64,000 nucleotides of DNA, taken from NCBI GenBank assembly GCA_963747095.1, contig CAVVEL010000022.1:145193-209192 (forward strand). The letters are read 5' to 3'. The notes under the pieces are model-generated. The model did no database searches. It was given only the letters and a program-made list of their open reading frames with translations, and was not told where the DNA came from. The stretch comes from Terriglobia bacterium (GTDB lineage Bacteria > Acidobacteriota > Terriglobia > JAJPHL01). Position 1 is the first letter of the stretch. Each line of letters starts with the position of its first letter. The position numbers and the translations under genes are program-made. Shown piece by piece: positions 18,217-27,947 of this stretch.

Positions 18217-19061
18217 GATCTCGATCCTTGCTGTGCTACGCCGAGGGAACGGGAGTACCCCGACGAATGTGCAATCCCATCGATTGACCGAGTTCGGCGA
18301 GACCTGGGCCGACTGATCGCGAGGGACAACCTGATGATCCGGCGGAATACGCAGGTCATGTTGTTGCTAACCCTCATCAGGTTATCGGCTCTCGAACTGA
18401 GCTCAAACCGAAATGCCAGGTTGAAACCGACTGCCGAAAGAGGCGTTAGGCAGACCTCAACCTCCGCCGTCCCCTTGGGGATAGAAGAGCCGTGCGTGTC
18501 CTGAGTATCCCTGAAAAGCCGTGACTCTTGCACTCGCAACTCCCCTGAGTAATTTCGGAACGGCCACCCTGGGGATTATCTGTCACGTCGGCCTCCGAAT
18601 GGCGAGACAGATTTTGAAATCCCCGTAACCGTATCCAATTGAATTCATAGAGTCAAGAAGAATCAACAGGCTTTCGGTAATCGGAGGGCTGGCCCTCCGT
18701 GTCCTTCCGGCACTCGACCTACCCCCCGAAGTGTATGGCGAGGCCAGGAGCAAACCGCAAGCTCGGATTCTGAGGTTGCGTGGCCCGGGAGAATGAGGTA
18801 GCTGCCGCGCGGCGCTTTCGGGAGCTCAGGCTTTTGCTCGATGAGATCGCAAGTTGCCTGAAGGGCGTGCGAATCCGTATTTGCCTGTGCTCTACTGGCT
18901 CCAGTCTCTCGTAAGGCGGCAATCATTGGGAGCAAGCGACACGCAGCATCAGAGACTTCGTTCGTTACTGTTCCAATTGACGTGAGGTTAGCGTACTCAA
19001 TCTATTCGCTGCCGCCCAAAAACCATGCGATACTGCCCTTCGTAATGCGGCCTAACGCAGG

Positions 19062-19955
19062 TTGAGACTAATGTCTAACATCGCTCGCTCCAGAATCTTC
19101 GTCAGCTACAGCCATCGCGGCGAGGGGCCGAAGTGGAAGGCGGCATTGCTCCGCTCGTTGTGTGTATTGGAGCACCACGGTCTGGTCGATGTGTGGCAGG
19201 ACGGAAAAATCCGTGTCAGTTCGTTTTGGGACGACGACATCAAGCACGCAATGGACGACGCAAGGCTTGCGGTCTTACTGCTCACCAAAGAAGCCCTAGA
19301 ATCGGAATTCATTCTCAACACGGAGTTCCCATTCTTACGGGAGCGGCAACGGCAAGACAACCTGCCGGTGTTCCCGGTTATTTGCGAGGACTGCGATTGG
19401 CGGGCGCACGACTGGATCCGTGCAACGCAGGCCCCCAACCAATCGAAGCCTCTCTCTCGACTCTCTGAGCCGGCGCAAGACGCGGTCTTCCGTAAACTCG
19501 CCATAGACATCGCCGAGGAGCTGAGTCGCGCCGCTCTGGCCAAGCTGCCCAAACCTGACCGACACCTCTCTCCCGAGCGGCTTTATCTTGACAAATTCCC
19601 AATCACTCGCTCGGCCGGTCTTCGCGAAGAGAAGCTCATCGGCCGCGAACAGGAATTGGCCTTGCTCGACCTAGCCCTCGCGCAGCCGCAAACGGCCATC
19701 GTCTCGTTAGTCGCGTGGGGCGGCGTGGGCAAGTCCATGCTCGTCCAGCACTGGCTCCAACGATTGCAACGCGCGGGCTGGTCCGGCGTGCGACGCGTCT
19801 ATGCCTGGAGCTTCTATAGCCAGGGCACGAAGGAAGACCGGCAGGCCTCCGAAGACACGTTCCGCGTCACGATCGATTCGTGTCTAGAACGGCTCGTGGG
19901 AGTCACGGTCAGCGAGATTCTTCGCGAAAAGAGAGGCAGTGCGATTCAGGGCTGA
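19062..19955 (+). pseudogene. Truncated TIR + P-loop (STAND/NB-ARC-like) protein fragment, 297 aa
   Basis: TIR: 'RIFVSYSHRGEGPKWKAALLRSL...VWQDGKIRVSSFWDDDIKHAMDDARLAVLLLT'. Walker A 'AIVSLVAWGGVGKSMLVQHW'. The ORF stops ~90 aa after the P-loop; no Walker B/GLPL/sensor region follows. Confidence 0.6.
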
Positions 19956-20031
19956 GCCGGCGAGCCGGCTGGGCGGTATCTTGCGCCCGTTTTTGATCGT
20001 CAGGACTGCTTATTCTAGGTGATACTAAACG

Positions 20032-20319
20032 ATGTCGAAGACACACACGGGCGCCATTCGAAGATACACTGGCCCTGAGCCCTGCATCTTCGTGAGCTAC
20101 GCCCAAGTCAACAGTGCGGATGTGTTTCCCGACATCACCCGCCTGCACGGAAAGAAGCGGGAAACGGTAGAATACCTGGATCTGGGACGCGGCGGCATTC
20201 ATGTAGCCGAATACCTCACCGAGTTGCCTCCGCGCGAGGTATTGCGCGAGCGCTTCCATCAGGCGCTGGCAACTGCGCGTGAAAGGCTGGCGAGTGGCGG
20301 AGAGAAGCAAAGCTCATGA
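20032..20319 (+). CDS. Small hypothetical ORF (95 aa) whose stop overlaps the hsdR start
   Basis: ATGA overlap with 20316; no recognisable domain. Confidence 0.25.
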   Translation: MSKTHTGAIRRYTGPEPCIFVSYAQVNSADVFPDITRLHGKKRETVEYLDLGRGGIHVAEYLTELPPREVLRERFHQALATARERLASGGEKQSS

Positions 20320-23300
20320 ACACGGTCGGCCAGATCGAGAAGAAGACGCAGCGGCGCGTGGTGAAGCTGTTCCGCGACGTACTCGGCTACGACTATCTTG
20401 GCGATTGGACCGACCGGGAGATCAATAGCAATATTGAAACGGACCTCCTGGAGAAGTACCTGCGAGAAGAGCGCGGTTACGAAGATAGTCTGATTGCCCG
20501 CGCCTTGCACCTGTTTTTGAAAGCGGCAGGCGATACCAGCAAGAGCCTTTACGACCGCAACCGCGAAGTTTACGGCATGCTGCGCTACGGCGTGAAGGTG
20601 AAAGCCGAGCAGGGTGAGAATACCCAAACGGTTTGGCTGATCGACTGGAAGCGTCCCGAGCGGAACCATTTCGCCCTCGCGGAAGAAGTGACGGTGCTGG
20701 CGAACGACGCCAAGGCTCATACTAAACGTCCCGATATCGTGCTCTACGTCAACGGGATTGCCTTGGGAGTGCTGGAACTCAAGCGCTCCATCGTCTCTGT
20801 CGCGGAAGGCATCCGGCAGAATCTCGACAATCAGAAGAAGGTCTTCATCGAGCATTTCTTCTCCACTGTGCAACTGGTGATGGCCGGCAACGACACGGAG
20901 GGTCTGCGATACGGTTCTATCCAGACACAGGAAAAGTACTACCTGACGTGGAAAGAGGAGAGTGCCATCGAGAAACCGATGGACCGCGCCCTGACCCAGC
21001 TTTGCGGGAAGGCCCGCTTGTTGGAGTTGATCCATAACTTTGTGGTATTTGACGCCGGGACAAAGAAGCTTTGCCGTCCCAACCAGTACTTTGGCGTGCA
21101 CGCGGCACAGGAGCATGTGAAACGCAGGGAGGGTGGGATTATCTGGCACACCCAAGGCTCAGGCAAGAGCCTGACGATGGTGTGGCTGACCAAATGGATT
21201 CGCGAGAACGTGAAGGATGCCCGGGTACTTGTCGTCACCGATCGAACGGAACTCGATGAGCAGATCGAGGGCGTCTTCAAAGGCGTGAACGAACAGATCT
21301 ACCGGACGGAAAGCGGAATGGATCTGATCGCGCGACTGGACGGCTCGACGCCGTGGCTGCTCTGTTCCCTGATCCAAAAGTTCGGCGCGAAGAGTAAGGC
21401 CCGAGAGAAGGAAGACGAAGAGGGTGACATTGGCGGTTATCTTCGCGAACTAAAGGATGCCGTGCCGCCCGGCTTTTCGGCCAAAGGGAATCTGTTCGTG
21501 TTTGTGGACGAGTGTCACCGCACTCAGTCCGGCGACCTGCATGACGCCATGAAGGCGATCCTGCCAAACGCCGTCTTCATCGGCTTCACGGGCACACCGC
21601 TGTTGAAGAAGGACAAGCGGAAGAGCATCGAGGTGTTCGGGCGCTACATCCACACCTACAAGTTTGACGAAGCCGTGCGCGACAAGGTGGTCCTTGACCT
21701 TCGTTACGAGGCGCGGGATATCGACCAGAACATCACGTCACAGGCCAAGATCGACCAGTGGTTCGAAGCCAAGACAAAAGGCCTTACGGACCTGGCCAAA
21801 GCCAGCTCAAGCAGCGCTGGGGCACGATGCGGAAGGTGCTTTCCAGCCAATCGCGGCTCGAGAAGATTGCGGCTGAAATCCTGATGGACATGGAAACACG
21901 CGATCGACTGGCAAGTGGTCGAGGGAACGCTGTTCTCGTGTCGGGCAGTATCTATCAGGCGTGCCGGCTATACGAGATCTTCGCCAAGACCGATCTTGCG
22001 GGCAAGTGTGCGATCGTCACCTCCTACCGGCCATCGCCGAACGACCTAAAGGGCGAGGAGAGCGGCGAAGGACTGACGGAAAGGCTCCGGCAGTATGAGA
22101 TCTACCAGAAGATGCTCGCGGATTGGTTCAACGAACCACCTGAAACCGCCGTGACCAAGTCCGAGAAATTTGAAGATGCGGTGAAGGACAAATTCATCCA
22201 TGAGCCCGGCCAGATGAAGCTGCTGATCGTTGTCGACAAACTGCTCACCGGCTTCGATGCCCCGCCGGCCACCTATCTTTACATCGACAAGCAAATGCGC
22301 GATCACGGTCTTTTCCAGGCGATTTGCCGCGTGAACCGCCTGGATGGAGAAGACAAGGAATACGGCTACATTGTCGACTACAAGGATCTGTTCAAGAGCT
22401 TGGAAGGCGCGGTGAACGATTACACTTCCGGGGCGCTCGATGGCTTCGACGCAGAGGATGTCGCCGGATTGCTGGAAGACCGGCTGGCCAAAGCGCAAGA
22501 ACACTTGGAAGAGGCGCGTGAGGCTGTTAAGGCGCTTTGCGAACCGGTGGATGCGCCAAAGGACTCGGCGGCGTACCTCCGCTACTTCTGCACCAAGGAT
22601 GCCGGAGACGCGGAACAGCTAAAGCAGAACGAACCAAATCGGCTGGCGCTCTACAGGTACGTTGCGGCACTGGTTCGGGCGTTCGCGAATGTCGCCAATG
22701 AAATGAGCGAGGCGGGCTACACGCCCGCCCAAACCGAGTTGATCCGAGACGAAGTGGGTCACTACGAGAAGGTGCGTGGCGAAGTGAAACTGGCTAGTGG
22801 CGACTACGTCGATTTGAAGATGTACGAGCCCGCGATGCGGCACCTGATCGACACCTACATCCGAGCCGAGGACAGCGTGAGTCTCTCGGCGTTCGATGAC
22901 CTTTCACTGGTGGAATTGATTGTGGAGCGTGGTCCGGACGCGGTCAATGCGCTGCCGAAGGACCTCCGCGACAACAAAGAGCTTGCCGCTGAAGTGATCG
23001 AGAACAACGTCCGCCGATTGATCATAGACGAACAGCCAATCAATCCCAAGTACTACGAGAAGATGTCCGAGCTACTTGACCTGCTGATCGCTCAGCGGAA
23101 GAAAGAGGCGATGGAGTATCAGCAGTATCTCCAGAAGATCGTCGCGTTGGCCAAGCAGGTAATGAGCCCATCCGGCGAATCCTACCCAGTCAAGGTGAAT
23201 TCGCCAGCGCGGCGGGCACTCTACGATAATCTTGGCAAGGATGACAGCCTCGCTTTGGCGGTGGACGAGGCCGTACGAACGAGTCGGCAAGACGAATGGC

Positions 23301-23416
23301 GCTCCAATCCGTTCAAGGTGAAGAAGGTCCGGCTCGCCATCAAGCAGGCGCTCGCCGGCGACGAGGCTCTTACAGACCAAGTGCTGGAACTGGCAAAGAA
23401 CCAAAATGAGTACTGA
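20316..23416 (+). CDS. hsdR: Type I restriction enzyme R subunit (HsdR), split into two ORFs by a frameshift near 21795; orphan (no hsdM/hsdS in the window)
   Basis: N-terminal 'VVKLFRDVLGYDYLGDW'; helicase motif I 'IIWHTQGSGKSLTMVWL'; motif II 'VFVDECHRTQSG'; 'FIGFTGTPL'; motif VI 'QAICRVNRL' in the second ORF. Junction: 'LTDLAK|AQLKQRWGTMRK'. Confidence 0.75.
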
Positions 23417-24134
23417 GCAAGGCAAGCTGACGGTCCAAGGATTAGGGATCGAGGTTGTTCGCAAGGACATCAAGAATCTCCATCTGGGGGTCTATCCTCC
23501 AAACGGCCGAGTACGCGTGGCTGCGCCGTTGAGAATCAGCGACGCCGCGGTACGCCTGGCGGTCGTCGCAAAACTCGGATGGATTAAACGGCAGCGCGAG
23601 AAGTTCGGTGCGCAGCCGCGCGAATCGAAACGGGAGATGGTCAGCGGCGAGAGTCACTACTTTCTTGGACGCCGGTACAGGTTGCGCGTGGTCAAGGGCC
23701 CGGGACCGTCTGCCGTAAGGCGATTGGGCAGGGCGTTCATCGAGATGCATGTTGCCGACGGCGCGACAAGAGAGGAGCGCGAGCGTGTTCTCCACCGCTG
23801 GTATCGCCAGAGGCTCAGGGAGCTGGCGCGCCCGATGATCGAGAAATGGCAGGTGTCGCTAGGGGTCGAAGTACGATCCTGGGGCATCAAGAGGATGAAG
23901 ACGAAGTGGGGCACTTGTCACGAAGATGCCGGACGCTTCTGGATCAACCTCGAGCTTGTCAAGAAGCCGGTCCATTGCTTGGAGTACATCATTGTCCATG
24001 AGCTTACGCACCTTCTGGAACGGCATCACAACGACCGATTCGTCGCAATCATGAATAGGCATCTCCCACAGTGGCGGCTTTACCGAGACGAATTGAACGC
24101 CGAGCCGCTTGCCCACGAGACATGGACGTATTAA
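23406..24134 (+). CDS. YgjP-like (DUF45/WLM-type) zinc metallohydrolase
   Basis: 'YIIVHELTHLLERHHNDRF' HExxH motif; family known to neighbour type I hsdR genes. Confidence 0.7.
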   Translation: MSTEQGKLTVQGLGIEVVRKDIKNLHLGVYPPNGRVRVAAPLRISDAAVRLAVVAKLGWIKRQREKFGAQPRESKREMVSGESHYFLGRRYRLRVVKGPGPSAVRRLGRAFIEMHVADGATREERERVLHRWYRQRLRELARPMIEKWQVSLGVEVRSWGIKRMKTKWGTCHEDAGRFWINLELVKKPVHCLEYIIVHELTHLLERHHNDRFVAIMNRHLPQWRLYRDELNAEPLAHETWTY

Positions 24135-24167
24135 CTTGAGAAGCGACGTGAAGGTAACGGCATAGGA

Positions 24168-27100
24168 ATGCTCCCACAACTTGGCAACTACGAGGTGAAG
24201 GAAGAGATAGGGCGCGGCTCGATGGGAGTGGTTTACCGCGGCTGGAGTCCCAGTCTGTCCAGAGACGTCGCCCTGAAGACGATGTTGCCACCGTTGGTTT
24301 CTTCCGGCGCCAATTTCGTCAAAAAATTTGCTCGCGAGGCCCGCGTCGCCGCAGGTCTCAACCATCCCAACATCGTTACGATTTACGAGGTGAATGAAAG
24401 CGATCCTCAGAATCCCTTCATCGTCATGGAGTTCCTAAAGGGTCATGATCTGAAGACGCTGATCAACACGAAAGCACCGATCCCGCTGGTGCGCAAACTG
24501 GAAATCTGCCTGCAAGTCTGCCGCGGACTTCAACACGCGCACGAGAAATCTGTTGTTCATCGAGACTTCAAACCGGAAAATGTCTTTGTCGGAGATGATG
24601 GCCAAGTCAAGGTCCTCGACTTCGGTTTAGCGCAGATCGCTAAGGACAGCACGTTGTCACAGTCCGGGACCATGGTGGGAACGCTCCGATACATGACACC
24701 GGAGCATTTCATAGATCCCCGCACAGTCGATGCACAGTCCGACCAGTTTTCCATGGCTATTGTCTTCTATGAGTTCTTAACGGGGACTCATCCCTTCCCG
24801 GCGACCACTTACGAAAACATGATGTACCGGATTCTCAGTGGAGATCCGCCGCGCCCACCGAGTCAGCTGATCACGGAGAGCTGCCCGCCGCAAATTGATG
24901 GGGTCTTCGAGAAGGCGTTTCAGCGCAAAAAAACCCTTCGTTTCAGGACCGTCGCCGACTTCTCCACAAGGCTCGAGGGGGTAGCTGCGCTGTTGCGTTC
25001 GGAGATGGCCAATCGCCACGTGACCGAGGGGAAGCTGGCGCTATATGAGAAGCGCTACTTCGAGGCCATGGAGTGCTTCCAGAAGGCCATGGACCTGGAC
25101 CCTTCGAATCTGGACATCGTGCCTCTGCAGGATGAGGCTGAAACGCTTTGGCAGATCCGTGTTTTGACGGATTCGGCGGAAAAGGAGATTGCTGGCGAGA
25201 ATCATGAACTCGCCGAAGAACTACTGAGCCAGATTCTGCAACTGGATCCCACCCACGAGTGGGCGCGGCGAAATCACGACACACTCGTCAGCCGGAAGAA
25301 GAAGATCGAGGATGGATTGGAGCAGGCTCAGGACCTTATGGACGCGGACAACTATCGGGGCGCAAGGGCCTGCCTGGAGGAAGTTCGCTCTGTCGATCCG
25401 CATCGAGCCGCGCTGATTTCCATGATGTCGTCGGTGAAGACAAGGTTGGACGAAATCGAACGTCACGTGGAACGCGCGCAGCAAGCCTGCCAGGAACGGC
25501 GACTGCCGGAGGCTCGCTCCGCCGTGCAGCAGATCCAAAAGCTCGATCCGTCGACCCCCGAACTCGTGGGATTGCTCCAGGGATTGGATAGGCTCGAACG
25601 CGAGGCTTTGCGGTTAAAGCAGGACGCGGAACAACAACTCCATAGCAACCGTCTCAGGAACCATGTCAAGAAAATCAGCGAGGCCCTGGAGAACCGGCGG
25701 TTTGATGAGGCCGTCGTCATCGCCGAGGATACCGAATTCGCAAACACCATTCCCGTTTCCGCGGTGCGGCGTGAGGCGCTGGTCCTACGAGCCTTACATC
25801 GCGCCGAGGCGCTGGCGAATAGTCGTAGGTTTTCCGATGCCGTGGTGATTCTCAAGGCCGCCCTTGCCGAGATTGAGGACCCGCGCCTGGTCGAACTCCT
25901 GAAGACCATCCAGGAAACGCAGGAGGAACTGGAAAGGCAGTGGAGAGAACGGCAGCAGTACAGGATACAGGAAGAAGCCAAAAAGGCGGCTGTGGCAGAG
26001 AAGGAAAGAAACGAGCGAACGGCGAAAGAGGCTGCCGCGCAAAAAGCCCGGGAAGAGGCGGCTCGAGAGGCGGCGAGAAGAAGCTGGGAAGAAGCAGCTA
26101 AAGATTCTGTCGCGCTAGAAGCGCGTGAAGCAGCGGCAAGGGCAGCCGCTGCGCATTTGCCACCCCCAATTTCCCGCGGAGCGGAGGTGTCAACTTCGAC
26201 CTCCAGAAGCGTGTTGCAGGGCGTAGGGGGTCTGTTGCTTGGGATTCTGGCGTTACCGACGTTGGTCTTACGCAGGTGGCAAGGAAGGGGGGAACCGGCT
26301 GCTCCCAAAGACATTGCTTTGCCGCCTCCTGCCAACGAAGAGCGTGGTTCACGTGACCACAGTCGGTCTAAAGCGAAAAAAGGCCCACCGAAGGTTCCGA
26401 CAGAACAATTAGACCACGGCAGTTTTTCTGCCACACCGCCTGGGGCGATGCGGCCGGGAGAGTCCGTTCAACTTGATGAAAACGTCCAGTTCACGGTTTA
26501 TCGCCCGGCTGTAGTGCAAGTGGGCAAATGGTATACCCTCCTGGCTTTTGCGCACCTGTCCGAGCGCCGCCCAGGGACGTCATCAAGCGAACCCGACCCG
26601 CTTGAACAGGTAACGCGCCAAGCTGCGGCAGTACTGGCGGAGGATACCGAGCGCTACCGCCGTGTAAGCGAAGACAGCACGCGTGCGGTTCCGCAAGAAG
26701 CAGAACTCACTTTTGTTCCTGAGATCCCCGGTGTCGAATTCAACCCCCCTCGCCGTACCTTTCTCTGGCAGGAAAGCGTGCATCGCGAAGAGTTCCGGAT
26801 GCAGGCTGGGTTAGTCCTGCAAGGACAAGTCGCCCGCGGTCGCCTGACGGTATTTCACGGCAGCATCATCATTGGGGATGTTCCCCTTAGCATTCGCGTG
26901 GGTGGCGCTGAGGTAGAGAGACAAGTGAGTGCGACCGTCAGTCCCTACCGCAGGATCTTCGCCTCCTATTCACACCGGGACGTGGCCATCGTTGAAGAGT
27001 GTGAGCAGTTCGCTCGCAGTGTCGGGGATAAATATCTTCGTGACATGCTCGACCTGAGTGCTGGCGAGGTTTGGGATGAGCGGCTTAGACAGATGATCCA

Positions 27101-27524
27101 GGACGCCGACGTGTTTCAATTGTTTTGGTCATGGAACGCGATGCGCTCCGGCTTTGTGCGGCAGGAATGGGAGCACGCTCTGTCGCTCGCCAACAAGGGT
27201 CCGGCGTTTATTCGTCCAGTCTACTGGGAGGAACCGCTGCCCAAAGATCGCGCGCAGGGCTTGCCTCCTGAGGGACTCAAGAGACTCCACTTTCAACTGC
27301 TGCCCAGGCGCTCGATGTGGCGGCGTTTTCTTCTGGTGGCTGGTGGAGTCACTTGGCTGGTTCTCTCAGCCGTTTTTGTAATGACGGAGATGAGTTGGTG
27401 GCAAAGAACCCCTTGGGGTCCCGTGGCAGCCAGAAGCGCCTCGGTTCTAGCAGGATCGTCCGCGCTGGCATTCTTTGTGGCATTGCTCAGAGTCGTTTCG
27501 AGAAAGCGAGCCGGGTCTTGGTAA
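24168..27524 (+). CDS. Ser/Thr protein kinase - TPR/coiled-coil - TIR domain - C-terminal 2 TM protein (1118 aa)
   Basis: Kinase: 'GRGSMGVVYRG', 'HRDFKPENVFV', 'DFGLA', 'GTLRYMTPE'. TPR-like repeats and a Glu/Ala/Lys-rich coiled coil. TIR: 'RIFASYSHRDVAIVEECEQFARSVG...VFQLFWSWNAMRSGFVRQEWEHAL'. Two terminal hydrophobic helices. Confidence 0.8.
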   Translation: MLPQLGNYEVKEEIGRGSMGVVYRGWSPSLSRDVALKTMLPPLVSSGANFVKKFAREARVAAGLNHPNIVTIYEVNESDPQNPFIVMEFLKGHDLKTLINTKAPIPLVRKLEICLQVCRGLQHAHEKSVVHRDFKPENVFVGDDGQVKVLDFGLAQIAKDSTLSQSGTMVGTLRYMTPEHFIDPRTVDAQSDQFSMAIVFYEFLTGTHPFPATTYENMMYRILSGDPPRPPSQLITESCPPQIDGVFEKAFQRKKTLRFRTVADFSTRLEGVAALLRSEMANRHVTEGKLALYEKRYFEAMECFQKAMDLDPSNLDIVPLQDEAETLWQIRVLTDSAEKEIAGENHELAEELLSQILQLDPTHEWARRNHDTLVSRKKKIEDGLEQAQDLMDADNYRGARACLEEVRSVDPHRAALISMMSSVKTRLDEIERHVERAQQACQERRLPEARSAVQQIQKLDPSTPELVGLLQGLDRLEREALRLKQDAEQQLHSNRLRNHVKKISEALENRRFDEAVVIAEDTEFANTIPVSAVRREALVLRALHRAEALANSRRFSDAVVILKAALAEIEDPRLVELLKTIQETQEELERQWRERQQYRIQEEAKKAAVAEKERNERTAKEAAAQKAREEAAREAARRSWEEAAKDSVALEAREAAARAAAAHLPPPISRGAEVSTSTSRSVLQGVGGLLLGILALPTLVLRRWQGRGEPAAPKDIALPPPANEERGSRDHSRSKAKKGPPKVPTEQLDHGSFSATPPGAMRPGESVQLDENVQFTVYRPAVVQVGKWYTLLAFAHLSERRPGTSSSEPDPLEQVTRQAAAVLAEDTERYRRVSEDSTRAVPQEAELTFVPEIPGVEFNPPRRTFLWQESVHREEFRMQAGLVLQGQVARGRLTVFHGSIIIGDVPLSIRVGGAEVERQVSATVSPYRRIFASYSHRDVAIVEECEQFARSVGDKYLRDMLDLSAGEVWDERLRQMIQDADVFQLFWSWNAMRSGFVRQEWEHALSLANKGPAFIRPVYWEEPLPKDRAQGLPPEGLKRLHFQLLPRRSMWRRFLLVAGGVTWLVLSAVFVMTEMSWWQRTPWGPVAARSASVLAGSSALAFFVALLRVVSRKRAGSW

Positions 27525-27747
27525 CTTCACCGCCACAGCTTCCCCCGTCTAGCAACTCTACCTGTCACGCCGAAGCAAAAAGCTCAAGAGCATCGTCGGG
27601 ACACTCGCCCCATGGGGTGTGGGGACTTTTGTGGGGACACTCCAGGCAATTTGCCACATTGATTCACCACTTGCGACAACCACCGACAAGAACCGAACGT
27701 AACTGACGTGCAGGGTTTCCGTCTTGATTTGTTGAAGTTAAAGGATC

Positions 27748-27841
27748 TGGCGGAGAGGGAGGGATTCGAACCCTCGTTAGAGGTATTAGCCCCTAAAACG
27801 GTTTAGCAAACCGCCGCCTTCAGCCACTCGGCCACCTCTCC
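27748..27841 (-). tRNA. tRNA-Ser (anticodon GCU), long variable arm
   Basis: Reverse complement reads 'GGAGAGGTGGCCGAGTGGCTGAAGGCGGCGGTTTGCTAAACCG...GGGTTCGAATCCCTCCCTCTCCGCCA': acceptor stem pairs, D-loop 'AGTGG', anticodon loop 'TTGCTAA', T-loop 'GGTTCGAATCC', encoded CCA. Confidence 0.8.
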
Positions 27842-27947
27842 GTTACGGGTTCGCTAGACTTTCAGTATAACGCAACCCGGCTGGTTTTCAATTGCCGTGT
27901 CAGGAAAACCCGCCCCGCGCCCGCACGCTTTGTGACAATCTGTCAGG

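Noticed and set aside
18217-19061. ~850-nt intergenic region between the sensor kinase and the TIR-NB fragment, inspected for ncRNA or riboswitch
   Set aside because: Only short imperfect inverted repeats; no recognisable riboswitch, tRNA-like or terminator structure. Most simply a divergent promoter region.
25463-26434. 323-aa minus-strand ORF inside the kinase-TIR gene
   Set aside because: Ala/Ser-rich mirror image of the Glu/Ala/Lys coiled-coil region on the opposite strand; antisense artefact.
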